A stretch of 64,000 bases of DNA from Candidatus Bathyarchaeota archaeon (lineage in GTDB: Archaea > Thermoproteota > Bathyarchaeia > Bathyarchaeales > Bathycorpusculaceae), in the NCBI GenBank assembly GCA_963717465.1, contig OY970340.1:1152001-1216000 (forward strand). Reading direction: 5' to 3'. Within the stretch, counting starts at the first letter, position 1. The number at the start of each line of letters is the position of its first letter. Position numbers and translations under genes: made by a program. The notes beneath the pieces are model-generated. The model saw only the letters and a list, made by a program, of their open reading frames with translations. It was not told the origin of the DNA and made no database searches. Below are positions 32,247 to 43,316 of this stretch, one piece after another.

Positions 32247-33056
32247 ATGTCAATGATTTATGTGCAACCCAGAATATGGAAATCCCATGGAATATCCGAG
32301 CATGCGGAATACTGTTTTGACGATTTTCTAGTTTTCGCAAAGGAACATGGTTACAACCTTGAATTGGGAACATTCGCTTACGCTGATGCATTGGACAGCA
32401 ATTGGCGGCGGGTTGTAAAAGGTCATCAACGTGCCCTATCAGGTTTCAATGGCAAGTTATCGCTTCATGGAGTTTTTCAGGATATCTGTATTCATAGTAA
32501 CGATAGCAAAATCGCCAAAATTTCAAAGCAGCGAATCCTCAGAAACATGGATATTGCTCAATCTCTAAATGCTAAATACGCAGTGTTTCATGCAAACTTT
32601 AACCCTTATATTTCCAGCGGACTCTACAAGAACAACTGGATTGCAAGAAACGCTAGTTTCTGGTCTGAAGTCCTAGACGAATACGAGGCTACTGTTCTCT
32701 TGGAAAACTTTTGGGAGCCTTCACCTGAAATCTTCAAGACGCTCTTAGAAAATGTGAACAATTCCCGCTTAAAGGTGTGCTTAGATACTGGTCACATAAA
32801 TGCTTTCTCCAAAGTGCCCTTTGAAGAATGGATAACAAAACTAAATCAGATGATTCCTTACATGCATTTAAGCGATAACATGGGCACATCGGACCAGCAT
32901 TTAGCAATAGGTTGCGGCACTACCAATTGGCAAGCGTTTACTGCCATCGTAAAGAAAAACAAATTTTATCCGGAAATTGTGCTTGAAACTGAAACGCTAA
33001 AGAAAACCATTCAATCATTGGATTACCTACAAAAAAACAATGTTTATCCATTTTAG
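32247..33056 (+). CDS. Sugar phosphate isomerase/epimerase (AP endonuclease 2 TIM barrel)
   Basis: LSLHG, VFH, LLEN, CLDTGH, MHLSDN, DQHL and VLE metal-binding motifs. Confidence 0.88.
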   Translation: MSMIYVQPRIWKSHGISEHAEYCFDDFLVFAKEHGYNLELGTFAYADALDSNWRRVVKGHQRALSGFNGKLSLHGVFQDICIHSNDSKIAKISKQRILRNMDIAQSLNAKYAVFHANFNPYISSGLYKNNWIARNASFWSEVLDEYEATVLLENFWEPSPEIFKTLLENVNNSRLKVCLDTGHINAFSKVPFEEWITKLNQMIPYMHLSDNMGTSDQHLAIGCGTTNWQAFTAIVKKNKFYPEIVLETETLKKTIQSLDYLQKNNVYPF

Positions 33057-33140
33057 ACTAACTGCAGATATTTCATTTTTGTAGTCTTAAGCTTATGCAA
33101 GCATCTTGATCAAAACCAACTTGTTAATGAGTGAAATCAA

Positions 33141-34541
33141 TTACTGACTCACTTTTAAGTTAGGTGTTGATTCGTAAACGAGAGCTCCCACTCCTGTTTT
33201 TGAAGGGTTAACAGTTATTTCTATAAAATAATAATCGTAATAGTTCGGCTTACTTTTCCCGTTGACATCGTTTTCCCAACCAGCCATTAGGAACTTGTCT
33301 TGTCCTAACTCAATAGTGGAGTATGCTTCTGTATACCCATTTTGTTCAATTGTGCGGCTCCATTGAAGTGTTCCATTGTCGTCGAGTTGGAATATCCAAA
33401 AGTCTCTTTCGCCTTTTCCATAAGATGTTGACCATCCTCCGATGATGTAGCCGCCGTATTGTGAAGCGATAATTGAAGTTGGCATGTCATAGTCGGTGCC
33501 GCCTACCGTTTTGTCCCATATTAGGGTGCCGTTTAAATCAACTTTTAAAATTAGGGCATTACTGGCTCCTGATCCGAAAGATAACGTGTTGCCAGCAACA
33601 AGGTAGCCTCCCGGAACACTTATGATTGCGCTAGCCATGTCCGCTTTTGATCCGCCGTAAGTGTGGAACCAAAGCATGTTTCCTGAAGAATTAACTTTCA
33701 TAAGCAAGAAATCGTAATCGCCGGCCCCCGTGGAATTCGTGTAGCCCGCTATTATAAAGCAATTATCAGGTGTCGAAGTTATTGCTGTTCCTACGCCATC
33801 ATCTGACCAGCCATACGACTCATTCCACAACAAATCTCCAGCGTTATCGATTTTTGCAAGCCATACGCTTGACTCATCTGCCGTGTTAGAATAAGAGTTA
33901 GTTAATCCAACCATTAATGCGCCGTCTCCTGTACTCATAGCAGAGAATAAGCGGTCCACTTTTTCTCCACCAACCGTCGTATTCCATATCACATTACCCT
34001 GATCATCTATCTTAACGATAAGTCCATTTACACTCCCAGACGGCCAAAATACGTTTCCAACAAGCAAGAAACCGTCATTTACGTTAATTGCATATCTGAA
34101 CTCCGTGCTGATTCCCTCAACGAAAGACATGTTCCAGACAGGGTTTCCGTTTGTATCAAGTTTTAAAACCCATGCGGACATTTGACCTTGAGTGAATGAG
34201 GATGAGGAACCTACTGCCAAGTAGCCATCTTCTGTTGGCAAAGTATAGTAAAGTTTATCGTCTCCCGACCCGCCGTATGTTTTTTCCCAGCTTACGTTTG
34301 CTTGCTGATTGCTCACCGAAGATAAACTAGGCGTAAGAGCAGCGGAACTTTCAATGACAATAACGATTGCGGCCACAGCAATGATTACGGCAAATAGAAG
34401 AGCAAGTGCTGAACGTTTTTTTCTCACTTTTTTCCGTTCATTAATTTTTTTTTGTTGTTCCTCTACTTTTCTGATTTTTTCTTGTTCATTGACTTTTTTT
34501 CTTTGTTCCTTGATTTTTTTTCGCGTTGATTTCAATTTCAT
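33141..34541 (-). CDS. Membrane-anchored beta-propeller repeat protein
   Basis: Basic N-terminus, one TM helix, then repeated W.KTYGG..DD / LKLD.NGN..W blades. Confidence 0.8.
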   Translation of the reverse strand: MKLKSTRKKIKEQRKKVNEQEKIRKVEEQQKKINERKKVRKKRSALALLFAVIIAVAAIVIVIESSAALTPSLSSVSNQQANVSWEKTYGGSGDDKLYYTLPTEDGYLAVGSSSSFTQGQMSAWVLKLDTNGNPVWNMSFVEGISTEFRYAINVNDGFLLVGNVFWPSGSVNGLIVKIDDQGNVIWNTTVGGEKVDRLFSAMSTGDGALMVGLTNSYSNTADESSVWLAKIDNAGDLLWNESYGWSDDGVGTAITSTPDNCFIIAGYTNSTGAGDYDFLLMKVNSSGNMLWFHTYGGSKADMASAIISVPGGYLVAGNTLSFGSGASNALILKVDLNGTLIWDKTVGGTDYDMPTSIIASQYGGYIIGGWSTSYGKGERDFWIFQLDDNGTLQWSRTIEQNGYTEAYSTIELGQDKFLMAGWENDVNGKSKPNYYDYYFIEITVNPSKTGVGALVYESTPNLKVSQ

Positions 34542-34717
34542 TATTTTTTAACCTTTTAGTTATGCTGCCTATTTTCGCTTGGAGCATATTTTAAGACTAT
34601 TAAGTTTAAATCATGATTTGAAATCCATAATTTCACGTTTCACGCAGTTAATTGACCTAGGGACGATTTGCTTATATTATATGCAGGTTCCCCCTAACAG
34701 GGAAAGAAGGGTTCTGC

Positions 34718-35745
34718 ATGAAAGACGCCAAAAATCTCTTAACGCCTGTAAGTAATTTTGACGAGTTTTCTTCACTAATTCAGAATTCAACAGAAGGCTT
34801 AAAACGGTACAATTTGCTGATGACCGCTTGGAACATAAAATTATTTGATTACACTATCAAACCTAAAACAGCACATGAATTAGCTGAGGCTTTAGGTTAC
34901 TCTGAAATCATGGTTCAGTTGTTTTGTGAAGCTTTGACTGAAATTGGTCTATTGGAAAAAACAAATAACGCGTACACGAATTCATCGATAGCTAGCAATT
35001 ATTTTAGTCGCTCTTCCCCTTATAGCATGGCAAATAAGCTTCAGATCATAATGGAGAACGCCAACCATTGGACTCAATTAACAAGCATACTCAAGAACGG
35101 TCCAATAACTGGAACATTTAAAGAGTTTTTTGGTGAAAGTCGGCTGATTAGCATCGCTGAATGGGCTGAAGGTTCAGCTACCGCAAATACTGTTAAAGCA
35201 GTGGCCGCTTGCCTTGGCATAAAGCAATGGAGTCGCCTCCTAGACATCGGTGGAGGACATGGTCTATTTGCTATAGCTTTTGCCGCATTTAATCCGCAAC
35301 TTGAAGCATTCGTTTTCGACCTTCCCAACATACTTCCAATCACGGAAAGATACATAAAAGAATACGGCGCAGAAAGAGTCCATCCTTTGCCTGGTGACTT
35401 TTACAAGGATGACATCGGTCATGATTATGACGCAATTTTCTCATCACTTAACCCCAGTTGTTATGATCCCACGCTTATTCCAAAGTTAGTCAAAGCGCTA
35501 AAGCCGAAGAGCTATCTTATATTTCGTAGATTCAAAGACAGCATCCGAGAAAGCGCATTAGAAACACTGGATTGGAACTTGTTTGCTTTCGAAGGGAAAA
35601 AAGTTGGAAGCAAGCTCGTACTTCAGGCGATGTTTTAGACCTAAAAGCCTACCTTAACCAGTTAAAGTTGTCAAATCTTGACATATTAGACATAGTTAAG
35701 CAAGATGATTGTGATCTAATTATTGCACGCAAACTCTTAAAATAG
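34718..35745 (+). CDS. SAM-dependent O-methyltransferase family protein (frameshift near 35615)
   Basis: Dimerisation wHTH; LLDIGGGHG, FDLP and GDF motifs; C-terminus continues in another frame to TAG at 35743-35745. Confidence 0.85.
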
Positions 35746-35873
35746 CGCAGGAATATCCAACAATAACTTACTGATTTGGTAGTAAGTCAACTTGCAGATG
35801 GTAAAAGTTTACAAGATTAGAGTTAAAGTGATTAATATGAAAGGCGTTAATCAGAAGATAAGCGTATCGAACG

Positions 35874-36449
35874 GTGAACAAATTGAATAGGAAAGACGAA
35901 ACTGAATTCAAGACGTATATTAAAGAAGTCGGCGATTACCATGGGCACGTATGCTTTGGAATTATAATGGGCACAAAAATGGCGTTAGTAGCTATGAAAT
36001 ATTTCGGATTAGACCCTCAAGTTAAGAATAAGGACTTGATTGTTTATACTGAAATTGACCGATGCATGACAGATGCATTGCAGGTTATTACTGGTTGCAC
36101 GCTGGGTCACCGAACGCTAAAATTTGTTGATTATGGCAAATTCGCCGCTACCTTTGTGAACCTAACAAGTGGTAAGGCAATAAGGGTCACCATACGAGAA
36201 ACTTTTGAAATAAAAGGCTCTCCCGAAGAAGTAATTGAAAAAATGACTATAACTCCTGAGAACCAAATTGTAAATATTCAAAAAGTTGAAGTAAACATTC
36301 CAGAAACAGATTTACCTGGAATGCCGAAAAAACGGGAGTTTTGCTCAAAATGTGGAGAAAGAATTAGTGACGGCCGAGAAGTCCACCGCGACAATAAAGT
36401 ACTCTGCCGAGCATGCGCTAACGGCAAATACTACGTTGAATTAAACTAA
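35874..36449 (+). CDS. FmdE/FwdE-family protein with C-terminal Zn finger
   Basis: YHGHVCFG, EIDRCMTDALQVITGCTLG, DYGKFAATF and CSKCGE...CRAC motifs. Confidence 0.92.
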   Translation: MNKLNRKDETEFKTYIKEVGDYHGHVCFGIIMGTKMALVAMKYFGLDPQVKNKDLIVYTEIDRCMTDALQVITGCTLGHRTLKFVDYGKFAATFVNLTSGKAIRVTIRETFEIKGSPEEVIEKMTITPENQIVNIQKVEVNIPETDLPGMPKKREFCSKCGERISDGREVHRDNKVLCRACANGKYYVELN

Positions 36450-36503
36450 TTAAGAGTCACTAAATATTTAGGCAATAGCCGCAAAAAAGATGGCTGGGTA
36501 AAT

Positions 36504-37307
36504 ATGGCAAAGCGAATAGTTGAAGATGCACTAGAAAGAATTAAAAATGAAATACCTGAACTTAATAAAATAACCGCTGATAAAGTTATTTTAGGATTAG
36601 GTTACACTGCTGTAAAATTAAGCAGCGGGCACTCAGGAATCTGCTATACTTTTCAAGATGAAATTGCCCACGCCACAAGTCACTGTCAAGTCTCAGACTT
36701 AGCAGGAACTTTAGCGGGTTCAAACGCTTTTAAGCTAGCTGAGAAGGCAAAATCGTGGGAAATCAGCGAATGCGTAATCGGCTTCGCATCTCTTAATGCG
36801 CTATCCCAAATAATATTGGAAAAAAATCCCGAAAATTACACTATCACTTACGGCGACGCTTTGGACCAGATAAAACTTACAAAAAAAGACGTAGTGGCTA
36901 TGGTTGGTAATATTGGGCCTTTTGTCGACCACATAAACGCGAAAGCAAAAAAACTCTATATTCTCGAAAGAACGCCTGCGAGGCGACATGAAGGCGTTTT
37001 TCCAGATGTGGCATGCGACCAAATTTTGCCAATGGCTGATATAGTTTTGATTACTGGGACAGCGATAGCAAACGGAACGATAGATCATCTGCTTGATTTA
37101 ACAAAGAAGGCAAGAGAGGTTGCAATAGTAGGAGCTTCAGCTGGAATCCTTCCAGACGTTTTATTTGAGAGAGGTGTAACAATCGTCGGTGGAGTCAAAA
37201 TTACTGATGCTGAAAAAATGTTGCAAGTTGTGGCAGAAGGCGGCGGAACACCTGCGCTAAAAGCCGTTGCGGAATTCATAAACATCAGACCAAAGCAAAA
37301 GAAGTGA
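36504..37307 (+). CDS. DUF364-family protein (enolase N-terminal-like plus Rossmann-like)
   Basis: GLGYTAV, IGFASLNALSQ, VAMVG and LITGTAIANGTID motifs. Confidence 0.85.
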   Translation: MAKRIVEDALERIKNEIPELNKITADKVILGLGYTAVKLSSGHSGICYTFQDEIAHATSHCQVSDLAGTLAGSNAFKLAEKAKSWEISECVIGFASLNALSQIILEKNPENYTITYGDALDQIKLTKKDVVAMVGNIGPFVDHINAKAKKLYILERTPARRHEGVFPDVACDQILPMADIVLITGTAIANGTIDHLLDLTKKAREVAIVGASAGILPDVLFERGVTIVGGVKITDAEKMLQVVAEGGGTPALKAVAEFINIRPKQKK

Positions 37308-37385
37308 TTGCGTTTTCGTGCAAAGGCTCGTTAAGAAAAGCCTTCAGGTAAAGTTTTAAATTTAACCTAAGAATGGTTTCTTGCT

Positions 37386-38621
37386 ATGTGGCGTTTAGGT
37401 TTCTTCTTTCACGATATGGCGTTCGGGTTGCTAACAGTTTTCATACCCCTTTACGTCATAGCTTTTCCACTAAACGATACAAGCATTTTAGGTGGGCCGC
37501 TGCTTGCAGTTGGGATCATGACATCCATTGCTATATTCTGCTCTATTCCCGCATCTTTTCTTTGGGGCTACCTCTGCGACAAAACACGCCACTACAAGAT
37601 TTTTATTCTTCTTTCTTTTGCTTCCATAGCCACCATTCTTTTCCTTATGACTTTTCCGTTCGCTAAAAACCTGCTTGTTTTTGTCGGGTTATACATTGCA
37701 ATGCAAATGCTTCATGTGGCTCACGAATCACCGAAAAACGTGCTCGTCACTGAGCATTATAGTCGAAATCAGTGGGAATATTCTTTTGGATTCTATGAGG
37801 GGCTCACAGAAATTGGCACAATTATTGGCTTAGCTTTGGGCATAGTTTTGTTTGTGTTTGCGTCAAGCCTTGGTTTCTCTGCTTTATCAACCTACACGTT
37901 TTATATCTGCAGCGGATTAAACGTGATAGGGTTAGTTCTAGGAACATTTTTGATTGCGGATCCTTTGATGATTTTTGAGAGACGCTTGGTCGGTATTGAA
38001 AATAAAGTAGATTATACTAGCCGTGCAGTTGAAGGCTCTTCCAGAGTATTGGATGGCTTGTCTTTGAATGGTCCTATTAAACAGGACAATTTTGCGGGCT
38101 TCGCGTTAGCGATAATCTTGTTTGCACTCGCAACTAGCCTGTTCTTTACGCCTTTGCCCATCTTTCTCAAGTCTGGTTTAGACTTGTCACCAAGCATGGT
38201 ATATGTAGGTTATATCTTAAACTCTATCGGGGGAACAGCAGGTTATTTCTTGATTCGCGGCAAAGCTCAATCAATGGATATAAGGAAACAGATGCCTCGT
38301 TTCATCCTTTTACGAAGCGTGCTTATTTTTGCACTTGTCGGCGTCATCTGGTTGGCCATTTCAGAAACAATTAGCACATTTATTCTTTTGATGTTTATCG
38401 GCTTTGCCTATGCCATGTATTACATTATGATGCTTTCCCTTTCAATGGAAGTTATCCCTCAAGGCAAAGCTGGTTTATTTGACGGCTTTGTTGGTTTAGG
38501 CTCAGCCTTGGGTGCTTTTCTGGGGCCATTTCTTGCGTTTAAACTCTCTTATGTCCCAATGTTTGTCATTACCGCTGTTGTTTTTTTAGCTGCCTTCCTA
38601 GCTCTAAAACTACTCCGCTAA
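37386..38621 (+). CDS. MFS transporter
   Basis: About 12 TM helices; WGYLCDKTRHYK motif A. Confidence 0.88.
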   Translation: MWRLGFFFHDMAFGLLTVFIPLYVIAFPLNDTSILGGPLLAVGIMTSIAIFCSIPASFLWGYLCDKTRHYKIFILLSFASIATILFLMTFPFAKNLLVFVGLYIAMQMLHVAHESPKNVLVTEHYSRNQWEYSFGFYEGLTEIGTIIGLALGIVLFVFASSLGFSALSTYTFYICSGLNVIGLVLGTFLIADPLMIFERRLVGIENKVDYTSRAVEGSSRVLDGLSLNGPIKQDNFAGFALAIILFALATSLFFTPLPIFLKSGLDLSPSMVYVGYILNSIGGTAGYFLIRGKAQSMDIRKQMPRFILLRSVLIFALVGVIWLAISETISTFILLMFIGFAYAMYYIMMLSLSMEVIPQGKAGLFDGFVGLGSALGAFLGPFLAFKLSYVPMFVITAVVFLAAFLALKLLR

Positions 38622-38695
38622 GATATTAGCTCCTGTTGAACGTTTGAGCGTTTTTGGTTTTTGAAAATTAAAGGAAAGACTTGCTTTTTGTGGAT

Positions 38696-40138
38696 TTATT
38701 CAGTGTGTACTCTGAATAAGTCTATGTCTTCTCGCATGCTTGGTGTTAACTCAAGGAAGTTTCTAACTGCTCGTTCTACGTCTTTGGACTGTGTCACATA
38801 CCTGCCTACAATGACTATATCAGCGCCTTTCTCTAATGCTTCTTTTGCGGTTTCTGGCACTATTCCGCCTGCAACAGCAATGAGGAATTTCTTATCTTGG
38901 TATGCTTGGCGAATTAATGGTATTCGTTCTAGTCCGCTGGAACGTCCTGTTTCTTGGTCAATGCCTCTGTGCAGAATAACGATATCTGGGAAATTCTTCA
39001 AAGATTTGAGTTTACCCAGAACATCATCAACATTCATCATGTCGATGACACCGTATATTCCGAGACGCTTAGCTTCATGAACGAATGCATCAATCGTTTC
39101 TGGCGCTGCCAATCCTGAAACAACTACCGCGTCTGCAGTGTCCTCGTAAGCTATGTCAACTTCGACTTTTCCAACGTCCAAAGTTTTAAGGTCAGCAACC
39201 ATGAACACGTCCTTTGCCACTTGCCTTAATTCACTGATTACCTTTGTTCCATAACGTTTGATTAGCGGTGTTCCAGCTTCAATTATTATTCTATCGCTTC
39301 CTGGAAACTTTGATATTATCTTCTTCTGTTGTTCAAGTTCTGGTACATCAAGGGAAATTTGTAAGTATGGTGGTCTCCATAAACGAGGAACTTTGAAGCC
39401 CATTATTGGGTGTTTTGCTCGATCTTTTTCATAAATCAGTTTATCAAGCGACGGATAATTCTTAAGTGCTCTTTGTAAAGCCATTTTTACTGCACCATAG
39501 TTGTATTGATATATTTTTCTGTAATCTTTAGCTTCAGGATGAATGAAAACGCTGCATACAATTACCCACTCATCAAGCTTCGATATTGGGATCACTCCTT
39601 CCTCAGTGGAATCAGCGATAGCTTTTGCAACTGCGGCTTGAGCAGGACCAAAGATTTTTCCCGAGTCCTCCATATTTTTAATTGTAACTTTGGGAACAAT
39701 TAGTGTCTGTGGTTTCGTTGGTAGGTTGGGTCTTATCACTGCGAGCAAAGGAGTGTGGCCAGCTGATGCGTTTGCCATGCCATTCGCAAATGCTTGCCCA
39801 ACGGGTCCATCTTTATTGCCAATCATTAAATCAATATGTGCAACCTCGTTTCCTTCTCCGACAAGTGATTCACCGATTAAAAAGGTGTTTCCTTCCTTTT
39901 GTCTATTTTCATCAACAATATCTGTCGGCATATTCTCTAAAACCTCCTTAAAATCGACATGAAACTCTTTTAACCACGTGTAAAGCGTATCACGATGAAT
40001 TTCCATTTCTTTAGCTGTTCCAATAATTGTCGGTTTTGCCGGCTTTCCCTTGGAATTCATTTCCTTCTTAGCGGCTTCAATCAACATTTTTACGAATTCT
40101 TCTTTTGTTTCTGGTTTTCTAACGTCATATCCCGACAT
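38696..40138 (-). CDS. fae-hps: Bifunctional formaldehyde-activating enzyme / 3-hexulose-6-phosphate synthase with extra N-terminal HTH
   Basis: IGESLVGEGNEVAHIDLMIG...HTPLLAVIRPNL...FGPAQAAVA (Fae); LQISLD...EAGTPLIKRYG...ADLKTLD...LHRGID...VAGGI (Hps). Confidence 0.95.
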   Translation of the reverse strand: MSGYDVRKPETKEEFVKMLIEAAKKEMNSKGKPAKPTIIGTAKEMEIHRDTLYTWLKEFHVDFKEVLENMPTDIVDENRQKEGNTFLIGESLVGEGNEVAHIDLMIGNKDGPVGQAFANGMANASAGHTPLLAVIRPNLPTKPQTLIVPKVTIKNMEDSGKIFGPAQAAVAKAIADSTEEGVIPISKLDEWVIVCSVFIHPEAKDYRKIYQYNYGAVKMALQRALKNYPSLDKLIYEKDRAKHPIMGFKVPRLWRPPYLQISLDVPELEQQKKIISKFPGSDRIIIEAGTPLIKRYGTKVISELRQVAKDVFMVADLKTLDVGKVEVDIAYEDTADAVVVSGLAAPETIDAFVHEAKRLGIYGVIDMMNVDDVLGKLKSLKNFPDIVILHRGIDQETGRSSGLERIPLIRQAYQDKKFLIAVAGGIVPETAKEALEKGADIVIVGRYVTQSKDVERAVRNFLELTPSMREDIDLFRVHTE

Positions 40139-40325
40139 TTATTTACCCTCTGGGCTTTGTTTAACATATCATATATAATGGTGTCGGAATTTAGCTTAAA
40201 GTTTTCGATCAACAAACAAAGCCCAGTCTTTACGAACTTCAATTAACAAAAGTCACAAATGTTCAGCGTTAAGTCTATATACTTTAAAAGAAACCAAGTT
40301 TTCATAATTTAAAGGATAGTTTCAT

Positions 40326-40538
40326 ATGTCTTGGACTGATTGGTTAATCTTAGGCATTGTTACAGCAGGATTCATAATGTTTCTTTTGGGTGCCAACGCA
40401 AGTTCTTTATGGAATCAACTGAACAATTATGATGCGACAGCCATAGGCTGGGCAGGAATTGTACTTTTCATAGGCGGAATCGTTTTCTACATCATCATTT
40501 TCATATACAGAGCTTTCAAGAGAAGCCCAGTTCTTTAA
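40326..40538 (+). CDS. Small two-TM membrane protein
   Basis: 70-aa ORF with two hydrophobic helices. Confidence 0.6.
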   Translation: MSWTDWLILGIVTAGFIMFLLGANASSLWNQLNNYDATAIGWAGIVLFIGGIVFYIIIFIYRAFKRSPVL

Positions 40539-42067
40539 AAACCATAGAGTTCGCCATATTTGCTTCTTAGGTACTGCAGAAACATTTCAGAATCCAAGCT
40601 TTTTCCCGTTGCTTTTTCAATAAGCTCTTCAGGCTCGTATAAATCTCCTTGAGAATGAATGTTTTTGTTTAGCCAGGTGTTAACTTCCTTTAGCTTTCCT
40701 TGACTGAGTTGAATGCGCCAGTTCGGCTTTTCTTTTGTTATTGCAGCCTCGATTTGTCCACTGTAAATGTTGCCAAGAGTGTAGCTTGGGAAGTACCCGT
40801 ATAGCCCGCTTGCCCAATGAGTATCCTGCATTACACCCTCTGAATCATTTTCCACTTTTACTTTCAAGTAGTCATTGTACTTTTGGTTCCAGACTTCAGG
40901 AAGTTCTTTTACAGTTAATTTGTCTGCGAAAAGGTCTCGTTCGATCTCAAAGCGAACTATCACATGCAGACTGTAAGTCACTTCATCAGCTTCAATGCGA
41001 ATCTTAGATAACTCTACTCTGTTAACCGCACGAATAAACTGGTCTAAGTCCACAGTGGCTAAAGTAGGTGCAATCTTTTTTATCTTGGGCAAAGTATTCG
41101 TCCAGAATTCTCTTGAACGACCAATTATATTTTCACAAAAACGTGATTGCGATTCATGGATTCCAAAGGAACACGGTGAGCCTACTGGTTGAAATTTCCA
41201 TTTTTTATTGATGTTTTGTTCATAAAGTGCGTGTCCTGATTCGTGAAGCACAGAAAAGATTGAACTTGAATAATTATTTGGGTAATAATGGGTCGTGATG
41301 CGTACATCATCATAGTTGCCTGAGGTGAAGGGGTGCTCTGTTTCATCTATTCTTCCGCGTGCGGTTTGTGAAACAGTGTCGTAACCAAGGGTTTCAGTTA
41401 ATAGTTGAGCGATTTGTCGCTGATTTTCTACTGGCACAACCTGTTTAAGCAAACCTGAAGCAGGTTGCGTTTGATTTTCTTGAATTTTTTCTATCAGAGG
41501 CTTCAATCCGTTTAAAAGCTTACTAAAAGTGGCTGAAATCGTTTGAGTGGTCATTTTAGGCTCAAAATTATCAATCATTGCTTCATAAGGCGATTTGGTT
41601 TCTTTCACTTTCATTAATATCTCAGCTGCTTGCTTGCTTAAGCCTAAAAGCTTCTCTAAATCAGGTCTAAACAGCGAAAAATTTTTCTTAGCTTTCGCTT
41701 TCCTCCAAATGTTAACAGTCAATGCTTGTTGCTTAGCTAAATCAGCCACCAATTTTTCAGGAAGCTGAATTTGTTCATCATACGCCTTTTTTATCAAGTA
41801 AACATTGCGTTTTTCAAGTAAGCTTAACGTTTGATACGCGCTCTGAGTTTGAATAGATTCTAAAAGTTTTCCTATCTCCGGATTCGTACTCATTTTATGA
41901 TTAATACGACTAAGCAATTCAAGCTGCAAGCTTCTCTGGTTCACGGCTCCTCGCGGCATTACAGTTTCCATGTCCCAACTAACTAAGGACGAAACTGACT
42001 GCATTATCATTAAATCCCTGGCTTTTGCAAGAAGCTGCTTGTAATCTGAACTTATTTTGGAAACCAA
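40535..42067 (-). CDS. Carboxypeptidase M32 (Taq type)
   Basis: HPF, DVRITT, HESGH, HESQ, IRIEADE, QDTHW and GYFPSYTLG motifs; start estimated at TTG 42067. Confidence 0.95.
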   Translation of the reverse strand: MVSKISSDYKQLLAKARDLMIMQSVSSLVSWDMETVMPRGAVNQRSLQLELLSRINHKMSTNPEIGKLLESIQTQSAYQTLSLLEKRNVYLIKKAYDEQIQLPEKLVADLAKQQALTVNIWRKAKAKKNFSLFRPDLEKLLGLSKQAAEILMKVKETKSPYEAMIDNFEPKMTTQTISATFSKLLNGLKPLIEKIQENQTQPASGLLKQVVPVENQRQIAQLLTETLGYDTVSQTARGRIDETEHPFTSGNYDDVRITTHYYPNNYSSSIFSVLHESGHALYEQNINKKWKFQPVGSPCSFGIHESQSRFCENIIGRSREFWTNTLPKIKKIAPTLATVDLDQFIRAVNRVELSKIRIEADEVTYSLHVIVRFEIERDLFADKLTVKELPEVWNQKYNDYLKVKVENDSEGVMQDTHWASGLYGYFPSYTLGNIYSGQIEAAITKEKPNWRIQLSQGKLKEVNTWLNKNIHSQGDLYEPEELIEKATGKSLDSEMFLQYLRSKYGELYGF

Positions 42068-42245
42068 ATCATATTCGCCTTTACACTGGTTTAATGCTAG
42101 GCTTCTATTTACTCTTGCCCAAAACACTTTCTAAAGAATCATGAGATTTGCTTTTGAAAAAAAAGCTATTATCGATAGACACAATTAACATTTTATTGAA
42201 GTAAAACTTGAATGAGTTGTATGGCGACAAGAATCCACAATTAAG

Positions 42246-43058
42246 CTATGACGACAAGAATCCGCCGTCAACAGCGACAAGCGCGCCTTCAACGTAGCTT
42301 GAAAGGTCGCTTGCGAGTACTAAAGCCATGCATGCTACTTCATCTGGGTCTCCTAACCTTCCAAGCGGAAGCCTTTGGCCATATCTAATGCCTGATCGAA
42401 TGATTTTAACATTAAATTTGAGGGCTTCCTTGGCTAAACTTTTAGTGCTTGGCGTTATAATGCCGCCTGGAATTAACGCGTTTATTCTGAAGCCATGTCT
42501 ACCATACTCAGCAGCGAGAGACCTTGTAAGAGTTATGATGCCGATTTTACTTAATCCATAGGGCACCAGGTCTTCTTTGAATGGCAAAAGCGCTTCAACT
42601 GATCCCACATTCACAATTACTCCTCCTTTTGCCATTCTACGCTTTATCATGTTCTGGCACATCCACAAAGCTGAATTTAAATTAATATCCAATACTTTAT
42701 ACAGAAAAGCCGCGTCTAATTCCAAAAAATTCTTCATCGGGTATATTCCTGCATTATTAACAAGAACATCCGGTTCTTTTCCATCAAGTTGAGTCCATAG
42801 CTGTTCTATTTCCTTTTTTTGGCTAAGATCAACTTTGAACGGATTTATTTTCACATTAAACTTTGAAAGTTCCTCACAGCAAGCTTTCATTTTCTCTTCA
42901 TCAATATCAACAAGTATTAAATCCGCGCCAGCTTCCGCAAACCTAGAAGCCATCGCTTTACCTATACCTGACGCAAAACCAGTTATCAAAACGGTTTTTC
43001 CCTTTAAAGAAATGAGTTCAGCCAAAGTTTTTCGATTCTTTGATTGACTTCGTAACAA
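42246..43058 (-). CDS. Short-chain dehydrogenase/reductase
   Basis: TGFASGIG, NNAG and YGLSK motifs. Confidence 0.92.
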   Translation of the reverse strand: MLRSQSKNRKTLAELISLKGKTVLITGFASGIGKAMASRFAEAGADLILVDIDEEKMKACCEELSKFNVKINPFKVDLSQKKEIEQLWTQLDGKEPDVLVNNAGIYPMKNFLELDAAFLYKVLDINLNSALWMCQNMIKRRMAKGGVIVNVGSVEALLPFKEDLVPYGLSKIGIITLTRSLAAEYGRHGFRINALIPGGIITPSTKSLAKEALKFNVKIIRSGIRYGQRLPLGRLGDPDEVACMALVLASDLSSYVEGALVAVDGGFLSS

Positions 43059-43316
43059 TTATGAAACCTCTATAGATACTTAAGTGCTTTTCATAAAAAG
43101 GTTTGTTGACAAAATTATTGTTTAATAACGTTGAATCATAGAAGGTTTTGCAGATTATATTCGAGAGTTCATGTGGTTGCTTGTCTCGCGAAATATTCGT
43201 GCATAAAGGTGTTCGCTGTCATTATCTTATTTTGTCTCATGATAATTTATGTTAGGCTTATATAGATCAACATTATTTAGTCTGATTTTGTTTAGAAAAT
43301 AAACAAGGCATGAAAT

